IMG/VR virus record: IMGVR_UViG_3300042386_001406
Location: 1-64,000 of that record
Strand: one strand, 5' to 3'
Origin: a virus
Length of the DNA: 64,000 bases
Positions 19,597-30,039 of this stretch are shown here, piece by piece (position 1 is the stretch's first letter; each line of letters opens with the position of its first letter). The notes beneath the pieces were generated by a model that made no database searches, was not told the DNA's origin, and was given only the letters and a program-made list of their open reading frames with translations. The position numbers and the translations under genes are program-made.

Positions 19597-21079
19597 AATC
19601 ATAAAATCAAGACCAATAAAGGAAGAAGAAGAAGTAATTGATCAGGTACCTCAAGACACAGCTCCTGAGCAACCTGAGATTACTTATGAATCTAATCCTT
19701 TAGAGTTTATACTTCAAAAATATCCAACATTAACTGAAACATTAGTTAAATTATTAACTGATGATTTCAGAAACTATATTATTGGTGTTTATATAATGGC
19801 TCCAAAGCCAACTATATTCAAGATTGTTTTACATAACAATCGCTCATTTTATTTAACATATATGGGTAAGTGTTATGAAGCTAAAGTAAGTGGTAAGAAA
19901 TTCTGGCTATTAAAAGTAAGTGAACTTGAAACAGCCACCATTGAAATAGCTAACTTATTAATGCTAGGTACTCCTCCATCAGTTAAAGGACCTGAAGCTG
20001 AAATGACAGCGGCTCCTGAGGAAACACCAACAGAAGAAGCACCAGCAGAAGAAACTCCACCAGCAGAAGAAGAAGCACCTGAAGAATTAGCTGAAGATGT
20101 TATTAAAGAAGATCTTAACACAACTAAAAAAGAATTAACTAAGTTAGGGTATAAAGATGAAGATATTGTTCCTATAACTAAAAGTAAAATTAAGTTATTA
20201 GTACCTGCTAAAGAAAGAATGAATGTTATTAATACTTTAGTTGACAAGTTAAAATATACTTGGGATAAAGATATTAAAGGTTCTTCTATTGGTGGAGTAA
20301 TAGCTAAAGATGGTGAAACAGTAATTATACCAAAACCAAAAGAAAAACAAGGTGGTGGTAGTGCTGGTTTAGGAAATGAATCATTTTTAGCAAATAAAAT
20401 TAAATCTACTGTTGAAGAAGTAGGTGGTCCTATCACTGTTGTTGTTAAAGGCGACAATGGTAAAAGTATAAGATTTAATGGTGTTACTGACGCTGAAGAA
20501 GCAGGACGTGACACAGCTGGAAATAAAAAATCAGACATCAGATTATTAGCTGGGAGTAAAGTTGTAGGTAACTTATCATTAAAGCAAAAAAATGCTTCAA
20601 TGTGGGAAAGTGCTGACAAGCGTTATAAAGACTTGATGATTAAACTTGTAGAAAAATTACTTAAAAAACCATATAAAAATTTAGGTTTAACTAAAACTGA
20701 TAAAAAAGATATTTACAGATTATATAATCCATCTACTGGTCAAGAATATAGTGGTATTATCATAACAGATTTAGATAATAAAGATATGGCTTCTATTGTA
20801 TTTGGATCTGATAAACCACAAACAGTAGTAGTTAAAGAAACATTTGATGAAAGTGATTTTACATTAAACAGTAAAGTATTAACAATCAGTGTTGATAATT
20901 TAGCTACAAGTTTAGAAGATATTGTTGGAACAAAATATGAACCAATATTAGTAGTAAGACATGATTCAACTAGAACAGCTACAGCTGGTTTAAGACCAAT
21001 TGTATACACTAAAGAATCTGTTTACAAAGGAGACAAAGTATCTGGTAACAGAATAGAATTATCTTATAATAAAATTTAA
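19583..21079 (+). CDS. two-part protein with C-terminal restriction-endonuclease-like PD-(D/E)XK domain
   Basis: Acidic P/E linker, then GLGNE...KSDIRL...LSLK pattern. Confidence 0.5.
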   Translation: MKKIKIIKSRPIKEEEEVIDQVPQDTAPEQPEITYESNPLEFILQKYPTLTETLVKLLTDDFRNYIIGVYIMAPKPTIFKIVLHNNRSFYLTYMGKCYEAKVSGKKFWLLKVSELETATIEIANLLMLGTPPSVKGPEAEMTAAPEETPTEEAPAEETPPAEEEAPEELAEDVIKEDLNTTKKELTKLGYKDEDIVPITKSKIKLLVPAKERMNVINTLVDKLKYTWDKDIKGSSIGGVIAKDGETVIIPKPKEKQGGGSAGLGNESFLANKIKSTVEEVGGPITVVVKGDNGKSIRFNGVTDAEEAGRDTAGNKKSDIRLLAGSKVVGNLSLKQKNASMWESADKRYKDLMIKLVEKLLKKPYKNLGLTKTDKKDIYRLYNPSTGQEYSGIIITDLDNKDMASIVFGSDKPQTVVVKETFDESDFTLNSKVLTISVDNLATSLEDIVGTKYEPILVVRHDSTRTATAGLRPIVYTKESVYKGDKVSGNRIELSYNKI

Positions 21080-21143
21080 TATTTATTAACACATACAGAA
21101 CAGATTCATTGCCTGTTTGCTTATAAAAGATAAAAATTGGAGT

Positions 21144-21175
21144 AGTGGCCCACCAAAAAGGTGGGCTACTTTTTT
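21144..21175 (+). terminator. intrinsic terminator
   Basis: AGTGGCCCACC-aaaaa-GGTGGGCTACT followed by TTTTT. Confidence 0.9.
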
Positions 21176-21210
21176 GCCTGCGCAAAATAAAGATGTTATA
21201 TTTAAACCTA

Positions 21211-21717
21211 ATGAATATATTTTACATAGACTCTGATCCAACAATTGCAGCTAAGGAAATGGTTGATGACCATATTCGTAAAATGCAAATTGAATCAGCT
21301 CAAATGTTATGTACAACATTTTGGCATTATGGTTTTGAAGCACCATATAAAAAAGCTCATTACAATCATCCATCAACTAAATGGGTTCGTGAATCAATTC
21401 ATCATTTTAATTGGTTATTGACTCATGGTTTGGTTATTTGTGATGAATTTGCTTTACGTTATGGTAAACAACATGCAACTAAAAATGTATTATTGTGGAT
21501 TAGAGACAATAAAGATATGTTGTATGGTAAAATACCTACAACACCATTTGTACCTCCACCTCAATGTATGCCTGATCAATATAAGAAAGAAGATACAATA
21601 GAAGCCTATAGAAATTTTTATATTCAAGATAAGATTGGAATTAAACAACTAAACTATAATAAATTAAATAACATACCAAAATGGATAAGCGAATCGTCAT
21701 TGTTGGAGCAGGCGTAG
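21211..21717 (+). CDS. pyrimidine-dimer DNA glycosylase / DenV-like family
   Basis: MNIFYID...DDHIRKMQIESAQML...HYNHPSTKW...PQCMPD; start re-assigned to 21211. Confidence 0.8.
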   Translation: MNIFYIDSDPTIAAKEMVDDHIRKMQIESAQMLCTTFWHYGFEAPYKKAHYNHPSTKWVRESIHHFNWLLTHGLVICDEFALRYGKQHATKNVLLWIRDNKDMLYGKIPTTPFVPPPQCMPDQYKKEDTIEAYRNFYIQDKIGIKQLNYNKLNNIPKWISESSLLEQA

Positions 21718-23027
21718 CAGGTATCAACGCAGCAACCAAATTAGTAGACAACGGATACCCAGGAGAACTAATCACTATTATTGATAAAGGAAACGATCCT
21801 ATTAATCGTTTACCTGAAGAAGTAATGACAGGTATGCTTGGTGCTGGTGGTTGGAGTGATGGTAAATTAACATACCATACAGCAATTGGTGGTCAATTGT
21901 CTAAATACTGTGGTGAAGAAAAAGCAATGGAATTGATGAAACAAGTAGTAGATAACTTTACTCGTTTCCATCCTAAACCAGATGAAATATTCATGTCTGA
22001 TCCACAGGAAGAACCTGAATTTATTAAACCATACTTTGGTTTGAGAATGTTTCCTGTATGGCACATTGGATCTAATTTTCTACATGAAATTGCTAAAACA
22101 TGGTATCAATATTTGTTAGATAAAGGAGTTAATTTTTGGTGGAATACAGTAGTATCTAATATTGATTTTAATAATAATAATATATTATTTAACCCACTTG
22201 GCATATCAGGTCCTACCCTCAGATTAAAATATGATGAATTAATATTTGCAGTAGGTAAATCAGGTATTGATTTTGCTCAAAAATTAGCTGATGAATATAC
22301 ATTACCTAATGAACCTAAATCAGTACAAATTGGTGTTCGTTTTGAAGCACCACAAAAATACTTCCAAAAACTAATTGATGTATCTTATGATTTCAAATTA
22401 TATCAAAAATTTGATAATGTTAGTTTGCGATCGTTTTGCACTAACAATAATGCAGCTTATGTGGCTGTTGAGGAAACCTATGGCGACATTAGCTACAATG
22501 GTCATGCTAAGAAAGGAAAGGAATTTGAAAACCAAATGACTAACTTTGGTATATTGATGGAAATCAAGGGTATTGAAGATCCATTTAAATGGTCAAGAGA
22601 TGTAGTAGAATTATGTCAAGCTAATAAAACAGGACTATATTACTCACCTAACATGACTCGCAAACCAGGATTAACATCTGAAGGAACAACAGTATCAGCT
22701 TGGGAAATATCAGAACATTCATTAGGTAATGTTAGACATGCTATGGGTGGATATTTTGAACATATTGAAAACTTTATTGATGATATGAATAAAATATTCG
22801 AGTTTGGTGATGATTGGGGTATGTATATTCCTGAAGTAAAGTATTTAAGTCCTGAACCATTAGTGAATTACCATGACTTATCATTAAAACAATTTCCAAA
22901 TGTGCATTTTGTAGGAGATGCTTTAAGTGCTCGTGGTATTACAGTTGCTGGTTCACAAGGAATTTATGTAGCTGAATCAATTATTAGAAAAGAAGCACTT
23001 ATTGAATTAATGAACATGGGTGAATAA
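21681..23027 (+). CDS. FAD-dependent oxidoreductase
   Basis: IVGAGVAG, GAGGWSDGKL, IGVRFE, FVGD...RGI. Confidence 0.85.
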   Translation: MDKRIVIVGAGVAGINAATKLVDNGYPGELITIIDKGNDPINRLPEEVMTGMLGAGGWSDGKLTYHTAIGGQLSKYCGEEKAMELMKQVVDNFTRFHPKPDEIFMSDPQEEPEFIKPYFGLRMFPVWHIGSNFLHEIAKTWYQYLLDKGVNFWWNTVVSNIDFNNNNILFNPLGISGPTLRLKYDELIFAVGKSGIDFAQKLADEYTLPNEPKSVQIGVRFEAPQKYFQKLIDVSYDFKLYQKFDNVSLRSFCTNNNAAYVAVEETYGDISYNGHAKKGKEFENQMTNFGILMEIKGIEDPFKWSRDVVELCQANKTGLYYSPNMTRKPGLTSEGTTVSAWEISEHSLGNVRHAMGGYFEHIENFIDDMNKIFEFGDDWGMYIPEVKYLSPEPLVNYHDLSLKQFPNVHFVGDALSARGITVAGSQGIYVAESIIRKEALIELMNMGE

Positions 23028-23065
23028 CCTGGATTAATAACTTATATTTAATTAAATTAAATTAT

Positions 23066-23299
23066 ATGGCTAAACAAACAAGCGGAGTTAGAAAAATTAA
23101 AACACCTGATGGTACAATTATATACATGCTTGAAGGTAAACTCCATAATTGGGAAGAACCAGCTGTGATACATCCAAATGGTAAAAAAGAATATTGGTTA
23201 TTTGGATATCAATATAGTAAAGATGAGTTTATGGACCGTAAACGTGACACTAATGGTATTCCACCAGCTAAGGATCCAAAATATGATACACGTCTCTAA
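23066..23299 (+). CDS. small MORN-like repeat protein
   Basis: GKLHNWEEPAVIHPNGKKEYWL. Confidence 0.6.
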   Translation: MAKQTSGVRKIKTPDGTIIYMLEGKLHNWEEPAVIHPNGKKEYWLFGYQYSKDEFMDRKRDTNGIPPAKDPKYDTRL

Positions 23300-23313
23300 C
23301 AAATAAAAATAAT

Positions 23314-23835
23314 ATGAAGATAGGATTATGTGGAACAATGTCAGTTGGTAAAACAACCTTAGTTAAGGATTTAGCTAAACTTGAGATATTTAAAGACTAT
23401 AAATTAGCAACTGAACGTAGTAAATACTTAAGAGATTTAGGTATTCCATTAAATACAGATTCAACAGTTAATGGTCAGTTTGTATTTTTAGCTGAACGTG
23501 CTAGTGAATTATTACATGAAAATGTTTTAACAGATAGAACAATATGGGATGTATGTGCGTTTACAATGCTAGCTAAATCAATCAGTCTAACTGACAAGTC
23601 TAGTTTTGTGACAGCAGCAATGACATTAAGAGAACAATATGATGTTGTGTTCTATATTGATCCTATTGGAACTATGATGGAAGATAATGGTGTACGAGAA
23701 ACAGATCTTGATTACAGATATGACATAAACCAGGAAATATTGCGCTTAATAACGCTTTATCCGCCTAAAAAACTAGTAGTTTTACGTGGTTCTACAGGTA
23801 GTCGTATAAATACTATATTAGATAATATATTTTAA
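23314..23835 (+). CDS. P-loop nucleotide kinase (NadR/AAA_28-like)
   Basis: GTMSVGKTT, LTDRTIWD, YDVVFY, DNGVRE. Confidence 0.75.
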   Translation: MKIGLCGTMSVGKTTLVKDLAKLEIFKDYKLATERSKYLRDLGIPLNTDSTVNGQFVFLAERASELLHENVLTDRTIWDVCAFTMLAKSISLTDKSSFVTAAMTLREQYDVVFYIDPIGTMMEDNGVRETDLDYRYDINQEILRLITLYPPKKLVVLRGSTGSRINTILDNIF

Positions 23836-23863
23836 AATATTTATTAACACATAACAATTAAAC

Positions 23864-24832
23864 ATGGCAGACAATTTTGATCTTAGAAAATTTATTACTG
23901 AAGCGAAACTTAAAATTAAAGTTCCTGTAAAGGAAATGGCGCGTATCGCTAAAGAAAAATATAAACTCAATCCAGACTTTCCACAAATTGAAGATAGAAT
24001 TGCTAATCCTAGCAACTTTAAAACAGATAGAAAACAACAAGTAGTTAATTACTTTGTTAAAAAAGCAAAAGACGAGAGTATTGATCCAATGGAAGTTGAA
24101 TTGCTAAAAAGTGATATTGAAAAAAATTCAGCTCCTGGTATTAACTGGTCTTTCACTCCTGATATTCGTAATCAACTTTTAAAAGCCACAACTGTTAAAC
24201 CAGAAAAAGCAGCTGATGAAGAACCAGGTGAAGGTGATATATTTGGTGGCGCTGATGATGCTGAAGATTTGTTTGTAGGTAAAGGTAAACTTAAATCTAA
24301 AAAAGCAAAACCAGAAACAGGGGATGAAGAGCCAGGTGAAACAGATATCACTAAAATTAAAGCACCAAAATCAACAGCTGCTGGTTCTAAAGCTGGTGAG
24401 TGGTTTGTAGATAACAGTGACTTAATTGATCGTATTATTAAACAATATGCTCAATCAAATATTAAAACAGGACGCGCTGTTAAAGAAGCAGAAGATGGTG
24501 GTTTATCAAGTGCTGATTTCAAAGCAGCTCAAGCTAAATCTAAAGAAGCAGCTAAAGCTGGTTTACCTGACTTAGTAAAACGTCTTGTAGACAAAATTGA
24601 AGTTTTAAAAGATGAAGATTATAATGCTTATGTTAAAGTATTAAATGATCTTGACAAATATAAATTCGGAGCTACTAATACTAAAGGAGTAATGAAAATG
24701 ATCCTTAAATCATTAGGCGAAGATAAACTTCCAGCTATTGGATCTAAGAGAAAAGATAGTGAAGAAGATGAATTTAAAAAATTAGGTATTGATGATACAG
24801 ACATTGAAATTGATGGTGAAGAGGAACTCTAA
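23864..24832 (+). CDS. putative head-internal protein
   Basis: MADNFDLRKFITE leader; highly charged; late motif upstream. Confidence 0.5.
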   Translation: MADNFDLRKFITEAKLKIKVPVKEMARIAKEKYKLNPDFPQIEDRIANPSNFKTDRKQQVVNYFVKKAKDESIDPMEVELLKSDIEKNSAPGINWSFTPDIRNQLLKATTVKPEKAADEEPGEGDIFGGADDAEDLFVGKGKLKSKKAKPETGDEEPGETDITKIKAPKSTAAGSKAGEWFVDNSDLIDRIIKQYAQSNIKTGRAVKEAEDGGLSSADFKAAQAKSKEAAKAGLPDLVKRLVDKIEVLKDEDYNAYVKVLNDLDKYKFGATNTKGVMKMILKSLGEDKLPAIGSKRKDSEEDEFKKLGIDDTDIEIDGEEEL

Positions 24833-25166
24833 AACCATCGGAAAGTTATTTATTGTGATAGGTGGGGTTATATTTTTATACTTATTTATCCTATTGGTTA
24901 CATCAAAGCAAGGTATGCCTGCTGATATTAAGGCTACTATTGACTCATTAACAGCAGTTAATAAGCAATTAATTGAGCATCAACAACAAATTGACAGTAC
25001 AATTAATGCTTATGAGGCTGAAGTTGATCAAATTGACTTTCAAGTAGATAACATTAAGGAAAAAACAACTATTATTCGTGAGTATTACCATGAAGTAGGT
25101 CAACAAGCTGAGCAATATACTCCAACACAGGTAGATTCATTTTTTAAAGCTAGATACGGATACTAA
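24813..25166 (+). CDS. membrane-anchored coiled-coil protein (spanin-like)
   Basis: N-terminal TM plus coiled coil; ATG at 24813 preferred. Confidence 0.45.
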   Translation: MVKRNSKTIGKLFIVIGGVIFLYLFILLVTSKQGMPADIKATIDSLTAVNKQLIEHQQQIDSTINAYEAEVDQIDFQVDNIKEKTTIIREYYHEVGQQAEQYTPTQVDSFFKARYGY

Positions 25167-25558
25167 TGAAATACATTTTAATTATATTAGCGTTTTTACC
25201 TATATTTGGTTACGCTCAACAAGATACTATTAAAATACCATCTCCTGTAGCTAAATTAATTGTTAAAGATTTAGTTAGTGGTGATAGTGCTAAGGCTGAG
25301 TTAAAATTATGTAATGAAAATATTACATTATTAGAAAAGAAAGTAACATTAAAAGATAGTATTATATCAGGACATGTTCAAAAAGGTATGTTATATGAAG
25401 AACGTATCAAAAATGAACAGTTAAAATTTGATGCTCAACAATTATGGGTTGATCAATTAAGAAAAGATAATAAGAAATTAAAAGCTAAATTAGTTTTCAC
25501 TAAACTATTAGGAACTGCTGTTATAGGCGGTTTAGGCTATTTATATTTAACTAAATAA
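25166..25558 (+). CDS. secreted coiled-coil protein with C-terminal TM (spanin-like)
   Basis: Signal peptide (GYA/QQD), coiled coil, C-terminal hydrophobic segment. Confidence 0.45.
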   Translation: MKYILIILAFLPIFGYAQQDTIKIPSPVAKLIVKDLVSGDSAKAELKLCNENITLLEKKVTLKDSIISGHVQKGMLYEERIKNEQLKFDAQQLWVDQLRKDNKKLKAKLVFTKLLGTAVIGGLGYLYLTK

Positions 25559-25580
25559 GATCCTTGCAATCCCATGCACT

Positions 25581-25611
25581 GAGGCTTAACCGGTAAGGTT
25601 AGGCCTCTTTT
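25581..25611 (+). terminator. intrinsic terminator
   Basis: GAGGCTTAACC-ggtaa-GGTTAGGCCTC followed by TTTT. Confidence 0.85.
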
Positions 25612-25635
25612 ATATATTTATATACAAACAGTTGC

Positions 25636-27228
25636 ATGAGCGATCAACAACAGAATATTAAAGATATTATTAAACAGGAATATGTTAAATGTGCTACTGA
25701 TCCTGTTTATTTTATGAAAAAATATTATTGGATTCAACACCCACAACGTGGTCGTATCCAATTTAATTTATATCCATTTCAGGAAGGTGTATTACATCAG
25801 TTTAAAAAGAATCGTTACAGTATAGTTAACAAGTCAAGACAGTTAGGTATCTCTACTCTAGTGTCAGCTTATTCACTTTGGTTAATGTTATTTAACAAAG
25901 ACAAAAACGTACTTTGTATAGCCACTAAGCAAGAAACTGCTAAAAACATGGTTACCAAAGTAAAATTTGCTTATGATAACCTACCCAGCTGGCTTAAAAT
26001 AAATGCTTTAGAAAACAATAAACTAAGTTTAAAACTAGCAAATGGATCTCAGATAAAAGCAATTGGTGCTACTGGCGACGCAGGTCGATCTGAAGCAGTA
26101 TCATTACTGTTACTAGATGAGGCCGCCTTTATTGAAGGTATAGATGAGATATTTGCCTCTGCTCAACAAACTTTGGCCACTGGTGGTCAATGTATAGCTA
26201 TTTCAACTCCATTTGGTACAGGTAACTGGTTCCATAGAACATTTATTGGTGGTGAAGAAGGAAAAAACGGATTTGTATCTATAAAATTACCTTGGACAGT
26301 ACACCCAGAACGAACTCAAAAATGGAGAGATGAACAAGATGCTATCTTAGGAATTAGAAACGCCGCTCAAGAATGTGATTGTGACTTTACAACTTCAGGT
26401 GATACAGTTGTTGAACCTGATATTTTAAATTTTTATATATCAACATATCAAGTAGATCCTATCTCAAAAGGTGGATTTGATGGTAACTTATGGCGTTGGG
26501 AATTTCCAGATTATACAAAACAATATATGGTTGTTGCTGACGTAGCTAGAGGTGATGGTAAAGATTATTCAGCTTGTCATGTTATTGATATAGCTGAAGC
26601 TAAACAAGTAGAAGAATATAAAGGACAAATTGGTACTCGTGACTATGGTCATCTATTAGTATCAATAGCTACAGAATGGAACAATGCTTTGTTAGTAATT
26701 GAAAATGCTAATATAGGATGGGACACAATTCAAACAGTTATAGATAGAGGATACCAAAACATGTATTACTCATCTAAATCAGACACAGCTAATATTACAA
26801 TGGATAATTTCTTAAGTCGAAACGACAGTAATTTAATACCTGGTTTTACCAACTCAACAAAAACTAGACCACTTGTAGTAGCTAAATTAGAGGCTTATAT
26901 GCGTGATAGAGCTTGTGTTATTCAATCACGTCGATTATTAGAAGAATTAAGAACATTTGTTTGGAAGAATGGTAAAGCACAAGCTAATGATGGATATAAT
27001 GACGACTTGATAATGGCTTTTGGTATTGGTATGTTTTTACGTGATACAGCTTTAAAATTCTCTCAAACAGGTATGGACTTAACTCGCGCTTCACTTGGAG
27101 GTATAGGAAAAATTTCATATAATACCGGACCAAGTGGCTTTTATACCCCACATAGTCCGCAACAAAATAATCCTTGGCAAATGGATAATGGTAGAGGACA
27201 AATGGAAGATATTAGCTGGTTGGTTTAG
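25636..27228 (+). CDS. terminase large subunit (T4 gp17-like)
   Basis: LYPFQ, KSRQLGIST, LLLDEAAF, ISTPFG, ADVARG, DDLIMA. Confidence 0.95.
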   Translation: MSDQQQNIKDIIKQEYVKCATDPVYFMKKYYWIQHPQRGRIQFNLYPFQEGVLHQFKKNRYSIVNKSRQLGISTLVSAYSLWLMLFNKDKNVLCIATKQETAKNMVTKVKFAYDNLPSWLKINALENNKLSLKLANGSQIKAIGATGDAGRSEAVSLLLLDEAAFIEGIDEIFASAQQTLATGGQCIAISTPFGTGNWFHRTFIGGEEGKNGFVSIKLPWTVHPERTQKWRDEQDAILGIRNAAQECDCDFTTSGDTVVEPDILNFYISTYQVDPISKGGFDGNLWRWEFPDYTKQYMVVADVARGDGKDYSACHVIDIAEAKQVEEYKGQIGTRDYGHLLVSIATEWNNALLVIENANIGWDTIQTVIDRGYQNMYYSSKSDTANITMDNFLSRNDSNLIPGFTNSTKTRPLVVAKLEAYMRDRACVIQSRRLLEELRTFVWKNGKAQANDGYNDDLIMAFGIGMFLRDTALKFSQTGMDLTRASLGGIGKISYNTGPSGFYTPHSPQQNNPWQMDNGRGQMEDISWLV

Positions 27229-27258
27229 ATAAATATTTATAACATATACTAAGATATT

Positions 27259-29148
27259 ATGGGATTATTTGATAATTTAAAACGATTATTCTCTTCAGAT
27301 GTCGTTATTCGTAATGTAGGCGGCGATGAACTAAGAGTAATTGATACAGATCGTATACAGTCATTAGGTACTTTACAAACTAATGCACTTGTAGACCGAT
27401 TTACCAAAATTTATACAACATCTGGTGCTGGTATTTACAACGTTAACAACGTTTATAACTACCAAACACTAAGAGTTCAACTTTATACTGACTATGAAGC
27501 TATGGATACTGACGCTATTGTAGCTTCAGCACTTGATATTATAGCCGATGAGTGTACTTTAAAAAATGAACATGGTGAAATGCTCCATGTTCGCTCTAGT
27601 GATGAAAATATTCAAAAGATATTATACAACTTATTCTATGATGTGTTAAATATCGAATTCAACTTATGGAGTTGGGCTCGTAACATGTGTAAGTATGGTG
27701 ACTTTTATCTTAAATTAGAAATAGCTGAGAAATTTGGTGTATATAATGTTATACCATTCTCCGCTTACTCAATTATCAGAGAGGAAGGTACTAATCCTAA
27801 AAATCCTACTTATGTAAGATTTAAATATGATCCTACATCAGTATCTGGTATCACTACTCCTCAAACACAGTACGCTTTAGGTACATCAACATCAGATATT
27901 TACTTTGAAAACTATGAAATGGCTCACTTTAGATTAATAAGTGATGTTAACTATTTACCTTATGGTAGAAGTTATTTAGAGCCAGGCCGTAAGATATTCA
28001 AACAAATGATATTAATGGAAGATGCGATGTTAATTCATCGTATTGTTCGTGCTCCTGAAAAACGTATTTTCTATATGAATGTAGGTGCTATTCCTCCAAA
28101 TGAGGTAGAAGCATTTATGCAAAAAACAGTACAAAAACTTAAGAAAGTACCTTTTGTAGATCCAACAACAGGCCAATATAACCTTAAGTACAATATGATG
28201 AACATGATGGAAGACTTTTACATTCCTGTAAGAGGTAACGACCAATCAACTCGTATTGATACAGCAAAAGGTTTAGAATATAATGGTATTGAAGACGTAG
28301 CTTACTTAAGAGATAAGTTATTCGCTGCTCTTAAGATACCTAAAGCATTTATGGGTTATGAAAAAGACTTAACTGGTAAAGCTACATTAGCCGCTGAAGA
28401 TATTAGATTTGCTCGTACAGTAGAACGTATTCAAAAGATATTATTATCAGAATTAACTAAGATTGCCTTAGTACACTTATATACTCAAGGATATGATGGT
28501 GAAATGTTAACCAACTTTGAGTTAAACTTAACTACACCTTCTATCATTTATGATCAAGAACGTGTTAACTTAATGAAAGAAAAAGTTGAGTTAGCAAGTA
28601 ACATTATGGAGTCTAATTTATTACCAACTGATTGGATTTATGATAACTTATTCCATTTCAGCCAAGACCAATATGATGAATATCGTGATTTAATTATTGA
28701 AGATAAAAAACGTAAGTTTAGATTAGCTCAAATTGAAGGTGAAGGTAATGACCCAGATGAATCAGGCCAGGTATATGGTACACCACACCAATTAGCTGTC
28801 GCTTATGGTAAGGGTAGAAAAGATGGAGCTGTGCCAACAGGATATAACGAGAAAAATCCTAATGAACCTGTACACTTAGTTGGCCGTCCTGAGGCTTCAG
28901 TATCAAATATTAATCGTCAAGATAATCCATTTGGTAAAGATAGATTAGGTACTAAATCATATAGCACAGCAGGTGTAGACCAAGAAGATACATTAGCAAA
29001 AACTCAATGGAAAGGTGGATCACCATTAGCATTAGAAACATATCTTAAAAACAAGAAAATGTTTGATGGATTACCAGTAAATCGCCGTACAACTTTATTT
29101 GAAAGTGATTTACTGAATGAAAACAACATCCGCGACGAGATCAAATAA
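27259..29148 (+). CDS. portal protein (T4 gp20-like)
   Basis: ALDIIADE, LMEDAMLIHRIVRAPEKRIFY, EDFYIPVRG, ALKIPK, EDIRF. Confidence 0.95.
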   Translation: MGLFDNLKRLFSSDVVIRNVGGDELRVIDTDRIQSLGTLQTNALVDRFTKIYTTSGAGIYNVNNVYNYQTLRVQLYTDYEAMDTDAIVASALDIIADECTLKNEHGEMLHVRSSDENIQKILYNLFYDVLNIEFNLWSWARNMCKYGDFYLKLEIAEKFGVYNVIPFSAYSIIREEGTNPKNPTYVRFKYDPTSVSGITTPQTQYALGTSTSDIYFENYEMAHFRLISDVNYLPYGRSYLEPGRKIFKQMILMEDAMLIHRIVRAPEKRIFYMNVGAIPPNEVEAFMQKTVQKLKKVPFVDPTTGQYNLKYNMMNMMEDFYIPVRGNDQSTRIDTAKGLEYNGIEDVAYLRDKLFAALKIPKAFMGYEKDLTGKATLAAEDIRFARTVERIQKILLSELTKIALVHLYTQGYDGEMLTNFELNLTTPSIIYDQERVNLMKEKVELASNIMESNLLPTDWIYDNLFHFSQDQYDEYRDLIIEDKKRKFRLAQIEGEGNDPDESGQVYGTPHQLAVAYGKGRKDGAVPTGYNEKNPNEPVHLVGRPEASVSNINRQDNPFGKDRLGTKSYSTAGVDQEDTLAKTQWKGGSPLALETYLKNKKMFDGLPVNRRTTLFESDLLNENNIRDEIK

Positions 29149-29184
29149 TATACATATTTATAATTAGTATCATTATACTAAACT

Positions 29185-30039
29185 ATGCGTATAAAACATA
29201 ACAAATTTCGCAACACTGGTGTATTATTTGAGCTATTAGTGCGTCAAATAGCATCAGACACATTGGCGAATACTGATTCTAAGGCGGTAAAGATTGTGAA
29301 AAAATATTTTCATAGTAATGAAATAGCAAAAGAGCATAAACTCTATCATACTATTTTAACAGCGCCACGCTTAAGTGAAGGTAAAGCTGAAGCATTAGTT
29401 AATACTACTGTTGACTTAGCTAAAAAATTAAATAAAGAAACATTACTTAAGGAAAAATACAACTTAATTAAAGAAATTAAGAAGCATTATAATCTTGAAA
29501 GTTTCTTTAAAGCTAAAGTTAACAACTATAAAGCTCTAGCTGCTGCTTACACATTATTTGAAGCCGCTATGGATAATAAGTTTGTTGAGCCTAAACAATT
29601 AGTGCTTAATAAACTTACTGTAATGGAACATATCACTAAGAAAACCTTAGTTGAAAATAAAGAAAACGAAGTTGAACAAGTATTAGCTAAAGAAGATAAA
29701 AATGTACGTTTATTAGCATATAAAATGTTAATTGAGAAGTTCAACACTAAATACTCAACATTAAGTACACGTCAAAAGTTAGTACTTAAAGAATTCATTA
29801 ACAATATTTCTAATCCTGAACACCTTAAAACATATATCAACGAGAACCTTAATAAGGTTAAAACTGAGTTAACTGATTTAGTTAAACAAGTTAATGACAA
29901 AACAACTGAAATTAAGTTAAACGAAGTTATAACGTTGATAAAGCCAATATCTAACAAGTCGTCTGTAAAAGATGAACATTTAGTAGCATTACTTCAATAT
30001 CAGCAACTAGCTGAGGAAATTAAGAAAGTAAATGGATAA
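29185..30039 (+). CDS. conserved head-module protein
   Basis: MRIKHNKFRNTGVLFELL; helical; lies between portal and protease. Confidence 0.55.
   Translation: MRIKHNKFRNTGVLFELLVRQIASDTLANTDSKAVKIVKKYFHSNEIAKEHKLYHTILTAPRLSEGKAEALVNTTVDLAKKLNKETLLKEKYNLIKEIKKHYNLESFFKAKVNNYKALAAAYTLFEAAMDNKFVEPKQLVLNKLTVMEHITKKTLVENKENEVEQVLAKEDKNVRLLAYKMLIEKFNTKYSTLSTRQKLVLKEFINNISNPEHLKTYINENLNKVKTELTDLVKQVNDKTTEIKLNEVITLIKPISNKSSVKDEHLVALLQYQQLAEEIKKVNG

Noticed and set aside
21145-21210. N-terminal extension of the glycosylase ORF
   Set aside because: Overlaps a terminator and promoter; the family motif starts at MNIF (21211)
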